From: a virus | Taxonomy: Duplodnaviria > Caudoviricetes | Length of the DNA: 64,000 bases | Virus record (IMG/VR): IMGVR_UViG_3300005077_000489 | Coordinates: 128,001 to 192,000 of that record | Reading direction: 5' to 3' (one strand) | Shown: positions 41,801-48,795 of the stretch, piece by piece | Position numbering within the stretch: the first letter of the stretch is position 1 | Layout: every line of letters begins with the position of its first letter | Position numbers and translations under genes: made by a program | Notes under the pieces: model-generated | What the model saw: only the letters and a program-made list of their open reading frames with translations | Told to the model about the DNA's origin: nothing | The model's database searches: none

Positions 41801-42307
41801 AATGATATGGGAGGTAGAATAAGGATGAAGTCTATCGTACCGTATCATGATTGGGACGAGATATTTGAAATAACGGGCGGGAAAGCCAAATCTAGTGGAA
41901 TGCCCAGCAAAGGATTAGAGCCTATAACTCCGGAGAAACTAGCAAGTATAAATGCTGATGCCTATATGGATTGGCATGATTGGAATTGGACAGAGATACA
42001 AAGTTTTTCTTTTAGAGAGGAAGAAAATGATAAGTATCCAAAGAAGAAAGGTAGTTCTGGAAAGAAGTGGTCCACAATTCTTATACGTAAGTGTGGAGAG
42101 CGGTGGGTACATAGCAAGGCAGGGGCAGTGATTTCTGGAGACTGCAGCAGCAGTGATGGTTCTGTAGGAGGGCAAGCCCCTGACTGTAAAGACGTAAAAC
42201 TTAAGTGGGACCCCCCGCGTGCTAGTAGTTCTTGGCCTGTGTGGAAGTCTGGTGTGTCTACAGATGGAAGAACGCTCAAGCGTTCAGATCCGTGGTGGAG
42301 ATTTTAA
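32882..42307 (+). CDS. Giant hypothetical protein (3141 aa) with Cys clusters, a Zn ribbon and two coiled-coil segments
   Basis: Long ORF with AAGGAG RBS. CxxC motifs (CKYC; CPECNKYFVCADSPGQCPYC) and helical heptad regions; no recognisable family. Confidence 0.8.
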   Translation: MPSYLKYRIKHTSEQTTSLYDYQALPPDILEQMTNSGVFEETDRNILPSTCTFITRVMYNDIYYYLCGIKIIAQRSDLIASDEREGDGKLLDKEGWNERRVSGALKTKGDNLFQSSEPNKFSYVENAYFKCKYCNMRTASATKHGITTDETIEFPICNCYTPRGGMAITVFDGAVQGNLATGYISNVQNPEEFTNTTQEWGEASSDLEKYMHNVNKPFVAYPNIPQPQSKQPEYPPSDKIGIIYVLLNARARVAPCCYYNSIPWQYTSRYFRLIDLAVAQHKVKCGKAVGTENKFEDFKPYPVSNKTGISDIGVYTYLDESDYYPDSDPDAYFKNILLGRNYDPSLPECGNNRRLIYTLHYAVTGKLTRDIREDDKGKCTDLPQDGIWHYDNNSTFSPRNCNHPSCSVKYQWGHLCNGGGSFDLALGKACPYYENPLMGDKDTNRYSKLQNMYAGDSVTGAAILELMWMCKGGLPWTQEEWETVWRVPYIWSTVPFSPIAYQTDLITDESGKKIKSNLWHTEYKQYAQRTSVDLVTGKIQVKPPVLLPGGTVTLRKRKDASSLEDGERIPDFPTIVRNIQMNATGTIRILWPNPDLKNSTFNVTSPQDYANQLLELKTKVYNKLIWSRDSLGTEVIAYANPFELESGIYCINTAFLVGAWAQKRYELEDALESNDLLTKRVQTILQDLWHDLIRSKIAGASSILDGMPLLKTSISSLGNIIFPQVPLSCLEDINHIIVFGFNKAGMISSYMVKVRPIFCHGYTYQAETSLCTSWKAVWNGRPSLFYNANRLKDINVTEEDGNKILKGSSIMIGNTMYNTSTGIKVDVSTLDYFIAEQQGKLVALINSVGSADSDSLRTSLNNQIISTNSYLTSLIEQRRKQLLDDSSIYTDPKTISEVITYLNERIRYLNNEISIIDRVLKTSLTEQSTLAYQTLKNDYDVERRALQQKVIQLAGSSGGTTTTTSSTPDTDNDEQDEAYDYRSVNRSYSAGKAGNVDILQDTRNYTAGDIDTDENGSITIDSTTELPSPYPSRYYVPYLNPDVTKHKDLDNYYKLLKTATKESITLNIPDNSGVAKWKVLEVSQKTDKILAGSYSFPCSGAKKVVVYSTRDSDNPNNSKGADQPKGVKLTEDLGKWYKTSSCNHMIILIMNPEIFNRHTERMIFSLSGQMSVWDKDASGNLVESKKLIKFVPINYTQVPRAFPGYNRSKDAAQIGFTTEDGVTYSKIQVSEGVEVLELDDNNRHPWVFFAYPVSEETYVQEWRFYDKAWSPVVPNQQLVIIPDKVELDLYIEFAYIAEIYDSFGSDQYKWENNECQTKILHDHPKSGVIRTVMDYTDANNKVDGFTKVPAGSHSMATLWPYARYACRDYEITYAWRDTYKGWELTVQNMLGEWSSSRQGYHNRTFSQPQTLTYYTQGDHDLGTEFQPKIAYKERAVREENMNVGIYDVKRSAYGESFETKTDKSITDKDPINSFPTGEGRVCAPPRSSQGAAYYPYTRCEEYSLYVPRHKTYIWDFLEKWRNKPEENEYLGGLRLRATDWCVKGGTVTRKRQWSKYWYYDPTKETSFLGRSKTRGPVFPLEYKEYYELPTKTVFLKPYSIRTGSESQDCYCPECNKYFVCADSPGQCPYCNSKSIERVTGWDAHWLTLLERVDSESTSYTPQSSEDTEASSVTVTVLKSSGLPNQYYQWRELVTRLFNAWKSNGTYSAQSFTDFEREQARGRTKGWYANIVGGKLEFVNDEGNYQSSAAASAGDASPRDMVTGCEKTDLGKRSDLGSFQISDGYIPGSVDFSSSTTSNELDTLESEVTIATEQVAAIEADLENFRSWRNTMTSSPHTLYEVGGVTYSLRVCSDPEYYKGEECIDTKISALESQLVEATNVMNKKEGILYDKYQNTAAGYIRKDIATKAAKARTQIEASCMRYYEYTQKSFGYNLPWSPYDSPPLFGNMGREFWGVDLCTLGSVISWLPRRATKIIQVNNWNGSSDNTKIPSWWTAGNPEGEPLELITLLNPPIECTRAISLMSSTAQNPFYNYVMYDKPFYETIPSPATSNETNIFENRYWVKDLRIVTKHDTGHYGEQGYRSDVGRFVIFGREGDHTRDFKVHGDSPSHYDYYENIFDTITGFSSGSSGSTETSVPPLYYIEGKDVKGFSVGHNETMSVGDYYPGYFSPINHSKFFTGFQSSPAGTNNIHWAWPVSNKDILRRSKRLVRWYADQITSNADNTDVKFEADYKEDEGINALSYLACAPYLKKRTTTGEDDGREISGGPKLKEDTNSRTLYNNEVRHKNTYFAIVAESERVYGGVLRPPLIWVEQIDNKNLTEIGHFKVPSSDSMPHRIKTDGTLQPVKLDEGDENFKNADGSPSYKTAFSTGSISDLSNNYVNPADGANLFTSKGVNSSGYFPGFIADYIDYSYIGKVYNEKRLYDLTTVSGNRWANTRLTKKISSFGQNNHEVTGTITIPRFEANASHIELKLNYGFEDGIISKLFTNYSDAITLQIRVYGSPVPGVNLTTGNFDKTLTKSIPLSNSDLTEDGSVIFDLDFLMTKSIAIECTFLVHMNVTDFYLGPWKGKETKIEVGKTVPDAGNYCYFKDLFDYVKLGILFPGKCAEVVEVEERGFVITTGGSCFHTTSTGKTKDPKEDTKTSTQYNFFTDSQSYWYKPNWSESYNRTDPKEGWWQNSGRSDDAWVTEGYKAMLASLQESDSNIGKVPKAEVFPKVCVEIPELCYSRLKMEAWENDIPSVEGKDWTWGGVWTTRMSGPEWTTNDQYPSRDKIWWPAIPYGEGHLTFKGRYFSFGQQYKDEARVRNNSNKRVIDTNDKYNEYAYKYELTAFDALLKSVEQIENLSAEQRRSLAYSRHYGGSVPNSIAPGQPYNSSISYSTTAGTTLGNFSGRSANDALQDVMKTSDWANNMANSATDAIYDTVNNARNYIVADRRQWRLLEEVAMDVDEVSWDLLRNREEIPQKEIFGLAESRNDMGGRIRMKSIVPYHDWDEIFEITGGKAKSSGMPSKGLEPITPEKLASINADAYMDWHDWNWTEIQSFSFREEENDKYPKKKGSSGKKWSTILIRKCGERWVHSKAGAVISGDCSSSDGSVGGQAPDCKDVKLKWDPPRASSSWPVWKSGVSTDGRTLKRSDPWWRF

Positions 42308-45300
42308 TGAGTATCTCAGAATTTAATGTTAATGTAGAATCTGAATATAATGTGTTAAATGAGTGTAGGTACATTCGTAATAAGGACCGATGTATATATG
42401 ACTCTAACGTAGGCTATGAAGCCCGCTTTGATAAGGGTGATAATGGTTTTACAGATAATTTTGGAATGAACTGGTTCATGGCTACCGGCTACTTCATGTG
42501 GGGTATATCTACACAAACTTCTTGTTACATATCTTTAGCAGAACCCTTAGCATACAGTTTTGAAGCAGATTTTTTCCCTGATTTTGACTTGGATTTATTA
42601 TTACGTTATGATGATAATTATGTAACATTACCAACTAATTTAAATGCCAGATTAATATGGAAAATGGAGACGGATGCAGATTGGCATGCCGATGCTGTAG
42701 TAGACTTTACTGTATACCCGGATGGAATATGGCATAGGTATAGCATAAATATGTTGGAAGAACCACGGTGGGTGGGAAACTGCGTTGATCTGCGGTTATA
42801 TATATTTACTGACGGAGCAAAAGATGTAGAATTTATAATAAAGCGTCTCGCCTTCAAATCGGATTATTATTTTAAATGTAAATTTCCTCCTTGTGCTTAT
42901 AATAGGAGTTATAAACATCCTTGCCAAGGAGTCGGTACTTTCGCAAGGGCATATAGTAGTGAGAGGCGTCGGACAGTAAAGATAGATGATGATAATTCTA
43001 GATTGGGGGTAAGCATAGATAGATACCCTGTAAAATATATAGATTTGGATCTGAGCCACTGTATAGATTGTTGGTCTGTGGCACAAGATATTACACTGAA
43101 ATTAAATACATTATCTTTCGGTGGTTACAAGTTTGCGGAGTGTATCTATGATGATATAGAAGAAAATTTTTCCATATATACAGGGACACGCGGAAGTTCC
43201 GGGAGTGTAGAGATATATCATGGCGGAGAAAAAGATGCTACAGAGGAGCTGGGATTTTCTGTTTCAGGAACCGGAGTTAGGGCATGGCGTACAGAAGTAG
43301 GTTTAGATCCGGTAGATGGGTTCCAAGAAGCCTACCAAAAACTTCCAGCCAGTATTCTTTATAGATTACCTAATTCAACTGTAACCACCATAAATTATGA
43401 TCCGGCTAAACCTATTACTGAGATTGGTAGGTCAGATTTACTGGGGTTACCAAGTGAAACAGTATTTCAGGAATCAGTTATTGAGGGTTTCATACAAATA
43501 GATATTTTTGGACAATCAACTTACGGTGGTAAAATAGATTATATAGAATTTAAAGGTGAAATTATAAGTAACAAAAGTAGGTTATTACTACTAAGACCTA
43601 GTAGCGATAGTTCATTTAGTGTTATCTACATAACTACCGTGGATTCATCAGATATGAAACGAGGGCAGGAGACCGTATATAAAAAGAGTGTAGATTGGAA
43701 CTTAAAACCAGGTGACGTATTTGGTTTGTATATGTGTAAGCCGGTTATACATACTGAAGACAACCCTAAATTAAAACCCGAGATGGTCTATAAATATTCT
43801 TGGGTAGAAATTAGAAAATACAATATAGCTGTAGGGGATGAACTCTCTTTTTCTACTAAGGACATAAAATTCTATGGTTATGAAAGTCTACCTGTTTATG
43901 GTTACTCTAATATTACTAACCCCGGGCACGGTATAGAAGCAGAATTGCGTTATGAATATGGTATTAGTTATGCTTCAGTTATTGGTGATACTAATTCGGA
44001 TGTTATAGATATAAATTTGATGACTATAGATTCCACCCAAGTTAGAATGTCTAGTTCTGTTTCTCCTGGTTCTCTGCAAAGTGCTACAGACTTAGATTTG
44101 GCGGTAGAAATAGATTCCGAAACTAACGATGCCTTCTGGATAGATTTTTGGTTTCCAGGTTATATACATACGATTTATAAGATGGTTACCTATTATGAGA
44201 ATGTTAGTAATTTACGTTCTTTTTGCTGGGAATTTTGGGCAGAGGAAGACGAAAGGATAGGTCTTCAGTGGAATAGATTTTATACATTCTTGACCGAAGC
44301 GAATCCTATAGGTAGTGCGGAGTGGTGGATACGTCTGTATGACCCCGCGGTGGTTATAATAAACGGATGGCAAGACGCTACTGGAACTCCGTATTTAGGT
44401 GCCAATTATGTTACGGCTGACCCGAATGATTATTATCCTGGTGTAGAAGAGGACATAGTAACTCTCAGGTCTGATGATGCAACGGGCGTAGTTTGGAATA
44501 AATTGGAACAAACGTTCTTTCCTATACATACTCGTGGACTACGTCTATATTGTTGGAGATGGAATAGTTCAAAGGTGACAGGAGTAGAGATTTATGCCAA
44601 GTTCGAAAGTGCACAAAGTATATTACAAGCCATAGAAGCCTATGGGTGGAGTGGTCCGGAAGTCTTTTCTACAGAAAAATATGATATAGTTGACCTAGAA
44701 GGTCAGATATGGCGTTCTTCTAATATTAGTAGGGCAGAAACAGTTGATTATAAATATGATTTGGACTTTCAAATACAAATGGATGAAGATGAGGCTACTG
44801 ATATATTACTTTCTCCTGTTGGTACTACCCTCCGTAAATTAGATTTTGATGTAAAGGGTCTACCCGCTAGGATACAGCAGATAAAGTTAATAGGTCAGAA
44901 GCTAGCAGTAAGACTAGAGGCGGGGTCTGAACACGAGCCTATTACGGAAGTAGCCAACCTATCTTGGGGTGCTCCTTCCGATGGTCGTGACTTTACTTAT
45001 GGACCTTCTAAGGAATATAGGATTTGTAATGATACTGGTCATCGTGCCAATCTTATATTGAATATAGCAAATCCTTTAGCAATAGACCAAGCATGCGTTT
45101 TTTCCAGCGATTTATCGTCACTTGCTTCCTTAGAAGATCCTTACAGAGGTATTAGAGCGGAACTAATTTGTGCAAACGATTTTGAGATATGTAATCATAG
45201 GTCTATAAATTACCATGCACGGGCATACTCAATCCTTGCAGCAGAACCAATCTCTTGGTATTCAACCAGTACTAGTGGTATCGTGTGGCAAACACTAGTT

Positions 45301-48300
45301 TCTGGTAATCCTTTTTCAGATACATTTAGATGGAACGAACCTAAAGATCCTTTTAGTAATTGGAATATTTTTAACTGGGCTAATTCAGAGGAAATAACTG
45401 TAGACAGCGGCACCCTAAATTTCTCTGTCTCTTCTAAAGCACCAAATGTAGAGCGTGGACAGTGGTTAAATCCTACCTATTTTCAAGATGTACAAAAAGA
45501 ATCAACCTTTTATTTGGAAACAAAAGTACCCACCGCTGTAGCACAAACTGCTGGCGTCGATGTGTCTGCTGGAATAGTCCTATGGGATGATAATGATATA
45601 AATAAATATGTTCGTTTAGAGCGTTACTCAGGAAATAATGTATCTACAGTGTCCGGGCTTTCTTACGGCGATTTAATACATTTAGATGTGCCCTTTGGTG
45701 ATTACATACGTTACGGAGACCAATCATATTATACATTAATATCAGGAGTTAACCCCACAATATTAAGTGTTGATAGACCGGAGTATGGATTACTCTTTAG
45801 AATTGCTAAGAATGCAGAAAAAGTCGAATTTGCTTATAGATTACCGTGGGACACGTGGACTACAGTTAGTGCTTTCTCTTTGTCTGGTTGGTCAAAGGAT
45901 TTGCGTATTGGTGTATTTGGGTCCGCCCAGGCGGTTTCCAGAGATACCGTCGATACGCTGTGCGAAGTTAGTTTTGATTATGTATCATATAAGGCAAGTA
46001 CTAATAGGTATACAGAACCGTTCGACTACTATTTCGACTTCGACGACTTTGTAAACAACCACGGATTGTGGACAGCACACAATGCTGAGACAACCGCTAT
46101 TCTAAGCTCAACTGCAGCATCAGGTATACATATAAAAAGACACTTTGGTAGAGGAACCTATAGTTTTTTTGACAAATATTTAAACAGTCCTGCGTTACTT
46201 ACGGATTGGGGGTCCACAAAAGATTATAGTGATGCGTGGTTTAGGATAGCGGACTATGACGAGACCACCCTAGCCACAGGTACTTTAACAGCAGGGGTAC
46301 TAATCAGAGATGCTGGTAATCCTCTAGTAAATTATGCTATATATGGTCTCAATAAACCCGATAGATTATTATTAACAATAACCGGTAGTAATTATTATAT
46401 ACCGATAGATCCAATTACTAGCACATCTGGAATTTATCTAAGTGTACAGAAGGGTGTAAATGTATTGATATTTAATTATTCTTACGATGGTAATATCTAT
46501 AATGTTGCTTCGGGTATAACTACGTATGGATGGTCACAGGAAACGGCAGTAGAACTAGGGTTTTCCTCAGATTTTAATGATGTTACATTTAGTAATATAG
46601 AAGTAGGAGCGTCTATGTTTGGTGCCACAGATGTAACTGCTGAGTTTGAACCGCCCTTACCGGTGCTTAATATTTATGGGCGGGGAGGAGATATTACTAA
46701 TATACAGTATGCTACTACTGTGACTGGTATAGAATATACTACTTTTTCTGATGTATCACCACCTACAACTAAGTTTATAAAATTTACTAAATCGAGGGAC
46801 GTCGAAATAGATACTAATGCGATAAAAGTAATACCAGACCCTAGAATGGCTAAGGCAGTGGGATATCCTTTACAACAGTTAGAAATTCCAGATTATAATC
46901 AGCAATTGTATGATTATGCCGGTAATATACAAATATCTGATGGGCTAGTTACTTCTTCCGGCGGAGGCTGGTCTCAAGATTTAACATATAAAGGTATTCC
47001 ACAGTTTGATATACCTGTTATGGCTATAGACTTGGGGAGTATATTTGAGTTAGGACGTAACCCCTTGTCCATATCTTCCGCTAAAGGACGTTTTTCAGAC
47101 AGTAATACTGATTATTTGATAGATGTCAGTTGGCCCTCTGTATCCTACGACGAATGTGGTTTTAAAAGGAAATGTCTTTATAGTTCTAATAATGAGTGTA
47201 CTGCCACGATAGAGTGGGGTAAACCCAAGATGATTTACGAAGGGGAACAGGGATCTATAGACTATTATTTTGCTGGTGAGTGTAATGGTGTTTCCACAAC
47301 TGCGGGGAGTGTAAACAAAGCCTGCCCACTGTTCAATTCGGGGAGGGGTCGTTGGTGGTTATTAGAGAGTACCAATTACAGTAATACTACGGTTTCCGCT
47401 GGTGCCGTGTGGTTCCTAGGTCCTCTAGAAATTAATCATATACAGAAACCATATCCCATAACTAATAATATAGACTGGTGGACAACTGACTATGGGCTCA
47501 TGCACTACATTGATAATACGGCATATTATCCGGATTATACGTTGGTTTATAGTTATCCGGGGCTAAATGTAGAAGGTTCTGTTTATTTTAATGGTTTGGG
47601 AAATCCCTATTGGAAACTTGCTACTGACCATGAATGGACTTTCGAGGACAAATTTTCTATTGATTTATCTTTGAATAATCCTGGTAATATTGATAAAATA
47701 GAAATACGTCTTGGAAGAGACCCGCAATGTTGCTGGTTATTTACTGTAACAGGTACATTGACACAGACATGGAGTAGTCATACATGGTTGTTCAAAGATG
47801 CGGAAGTTATTATAAATAGTGACATAGCACTAGAAGAACCAGTTTATACGCAGCACGACATGGAGTTTTATCAAATAGAAAATTCCCCTTATCGTCCATT
47901 GCCTTATCTAAACCATGGGTATGTGGAAGTAACTGTTTCTGGTAGTGGTTATTCTGACATTTATATGAAAAATATGAAGCACATCCGCTCCAGATTTGCC
48001 GACGATTACTTATTCCTCGGTATAAACGATTCTTTATATATTCCGGAGTTAGATTTAACCAATAAAGGAACCATACAATTTGATTATTATCCTTCTGAGG
48101 CTGCCGTTAATTTAGTTGAGGGAGACCCTCGTAGTTTCTTGTACTCTATTGCTACTGTTAGTAATGCTAATACAGGCTTGTGCTTGGTACTCAGTATGCA
48201 ATTTGGTTGGACTATCTATTGTTTTTCTCCAGAAGAGCAAGTAATATTAGACTTCTTACCCCCCAAGGATATTGCAACCCGGGTCATTCCTAGTCTATCT

Positions 48301-48795
48301 AATCCAGGTCCATTCCGTATTGTCATGAGCTGGTGTCCTCCCACTATTCCTGGACTGACTGATACTGTAGCATTGTGGGTTAATGGTTACTTGGTTTGTA
48401 ATGGCTTGTTTGAATCTTTGGAAAATTACTTCAAGACTGATGATATACGGGTGACATTAGGACGAGGAGCAAGTGTTTTTGATTACCAAGAAGACAATGA
48501 GATGGCAGCTTATGCAAAATTTAAAAATTTAAAAATCTATAAACAATCTGTTAGTAGACCTGACATAGATTTAGACAGCACTGCATTAATACCGGAAAAT
48601 TTATTTGAATTATCCACAGACGGTTCTACCTGGAAGTCCTTTTTAAATAATGAACTTCCTATAAAAGTACATGGCGTTGAGCACGGAGACTGTACTACTT
48701 TTTACTTGAGGAATATACGTCCTAGGAAAGAGATAAAAGCACTACATACTAGATTTACGGCTAATTTAGAAACTATGTGGGAGGTCTCTCAGTGA
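42307..48795 (+). CDS. Giant structural protein (~2162 aa) with CBM-like, DUF1349/ConA-like and LamG domains
   Basis: TAATG overlap at 42305-42309 favours this start. DGIWHRYSINM...W.G...LRL (CBM-like); SAGIVLWD...LRIGVFG (DUF1349-like); KGTIQFDYYP...LWVNG...KNLKIY (LamG). Confidence 0.8.
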   Translation: MSISEFNVNVESEYNVLNECRYIRNKDRCIYDSNVGYEARFDKGDNGFTDNFGMNWFMATGYFMWGISTQTSCYISLAEPLAYSFEADFFPDFDLDLLLRYDDNYVTLPTNLNARLIWKMETDADWHADAVVDFTVYPDGIWHRYSINMLEEPRWVGNCVDLRLYIFTDGAKDVEFIIKRLAFKSDYYFKCKFPPCAYNRSYKHPCQGVGTFARAYSSERRRTVKIDDDNSRLGVSIDRYPVKYIDLDLSHCIDCWSVAQDITLKLNTLSFGGYKFAECIYDDIEENFSIYTGTRGSSGSVEIYHGGEKDATEELGFSVSGTGVRAWRTEVGLDPVDGFQEAYQKLPASILYRLPNSTVTTINYDPAKPITEIGRSDLLGLPSETVFQESVIEGFIQIDIFGQSTYGGKIDYIEFKGEIISNKSRLLLLRPSSDSSFSVIYITTVDSSDMKRGQETVYKKSVDWNLKPGDVFGLYMCKPVIHTEDNPKLKPEMVYKYSWVEIRKYNIAVGDELSFSTKDIKFYGYESLPVYGYSNITNPGHGIEAELRYEYGISYASVIGDTNSDVIDINLMTIDSTQVRMSSSVSPGSLQSATDLDLAVEIDSETNDAFWIDFWFPGYIHTIYKMVTYYENVSNLRSFCWEFWAEEDERIGLQWNRFYTFLTEANPIGSAEWWIRLYDPAVVIINGWQDATGTPYLGANYVTADPNDYYPGVEEDIVTLRSDDATGVVWNKLEQTFFPIHTRGLRLYCWRWNSSKVTGVEIYAKFESAQSILQAIEAYGWSGPEVFSTEKYDIVDLEGQIWRSSNISRAETVDYKYDLDFQIQMDEDEATDILLSPVGTTLRKLDFDVKGLPARIQQIKLIGQKLAVRLEAGSEHEPITEVANLSWGAPSDGRDFTYGPSKEYRICNDTGHRANLILNIANPLAIDQACVFSSDLSSLASLEDPYRGIRAELICANDFEICNHRSINYHARAYSILAAEPISWYSTSTSGIVWQTLVSGNPFSDTFRWNEPKDPFSNWNIFNWANSEEITVDSGTLNFSVSSKAPNVERGQWLNPTYFQDVQKESTFYLETKVPTAVAQTAGVDVSAGIVLWDDNDINKYVRLERYSGNNVSTVSGLSYGDLIHLDVPFGDYIRYGDQSYYTLISGVNPTILSVDRPEYGLLFRIAKNAEKVEFAYRLPWDTWTTVSAFSLSGWSKDLRIGVFGSAQAVSRDTVDTLCEVSFDYVSYKASTNRYTEPFDYYFDFDDFVNNHGLWTAHNAETTAILSSTAASGIHIKRHFGRGTYSFFDKYLNSPALLTDWGSTKDYSDAWFRIADYDETTLATGTLTAGVLIRDAGNPLVNYAIYGLNKPDRLLLTITGSNYYIPIDPITSTSGIYLSVQKGVNVLIFNYSYDGNIYNVASGITTYGWSQETAVELGFSSDFNDVTFSNIEVGASMFGATDVTAEFEPPLPVLNIYGRGGDITNIQYATTVTGIEYTTFSDVSPPTTKFIKFTKSRDVEIDTNAIKVIPDPRMAKAVGYPLQQLEIPDYNQQLYDYAGNIQISDGLVTSSGGGWSQDLTYKGIPQFDIPVMAIDLGSIFELGRNPLSISSAKGRFSDSNTDYLIDVSWPSVSYDECGFKRKCLYSSNNECTATIEWGKPKMIYEGEQGSIDYYFAGECNGVSTTAGSVNKACPLFNSGRGRWWLLESTNYSNTTVSAGAVWFLGPLEINHIQKPYPITNNIDWWTTDYGLMHYIDNTAYYPDYTLVYSYPGLNVEGSVYFNGLGNPYWKLATDHEWTFEDKFSIDLSLNNPGNIDKIEIRLGRDPQCCWLFTVTGTLTQTWSSHTWLFKDAEVIINSDIALEEPVYTQHDMEFYQIENSPYRPLPYLNHGYVEVTVSGSGYSDIYMKNMKHIRSRFADDYLFLGINDSLYIPELDLTNKGTIQFDYYPSEAAVNLVEGDPRSFLYSIATVSNANTGLCLVLSMQFGWTIYCFSPEEQVILDFLPPKDIATRVIPSLSNPGPFRIVMSWCPPTIPGLTDTVALWVNGYLVCNGLFESLENYFKTDDIRVTLGRGASVFDYQEDNEMAAYAKFKNLKIYKQSVSRPDIDLDSTALIPENLFELSTDGSTWKSFLNNELPIKVHGVEHGDCTTFYLRNIRPRKEIKALHTRFTANLETMWEVSQ

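Noticed and set aside
42232-42309. Programmed frameshift fusing the 3141-aa and 2162-aa giants
   Set aside because: The second frame is open 75 nt upstream, but there is no X-XXY-YYZ slippery heptamer; the TAATG overlap is explained by ordinary translational coupling.
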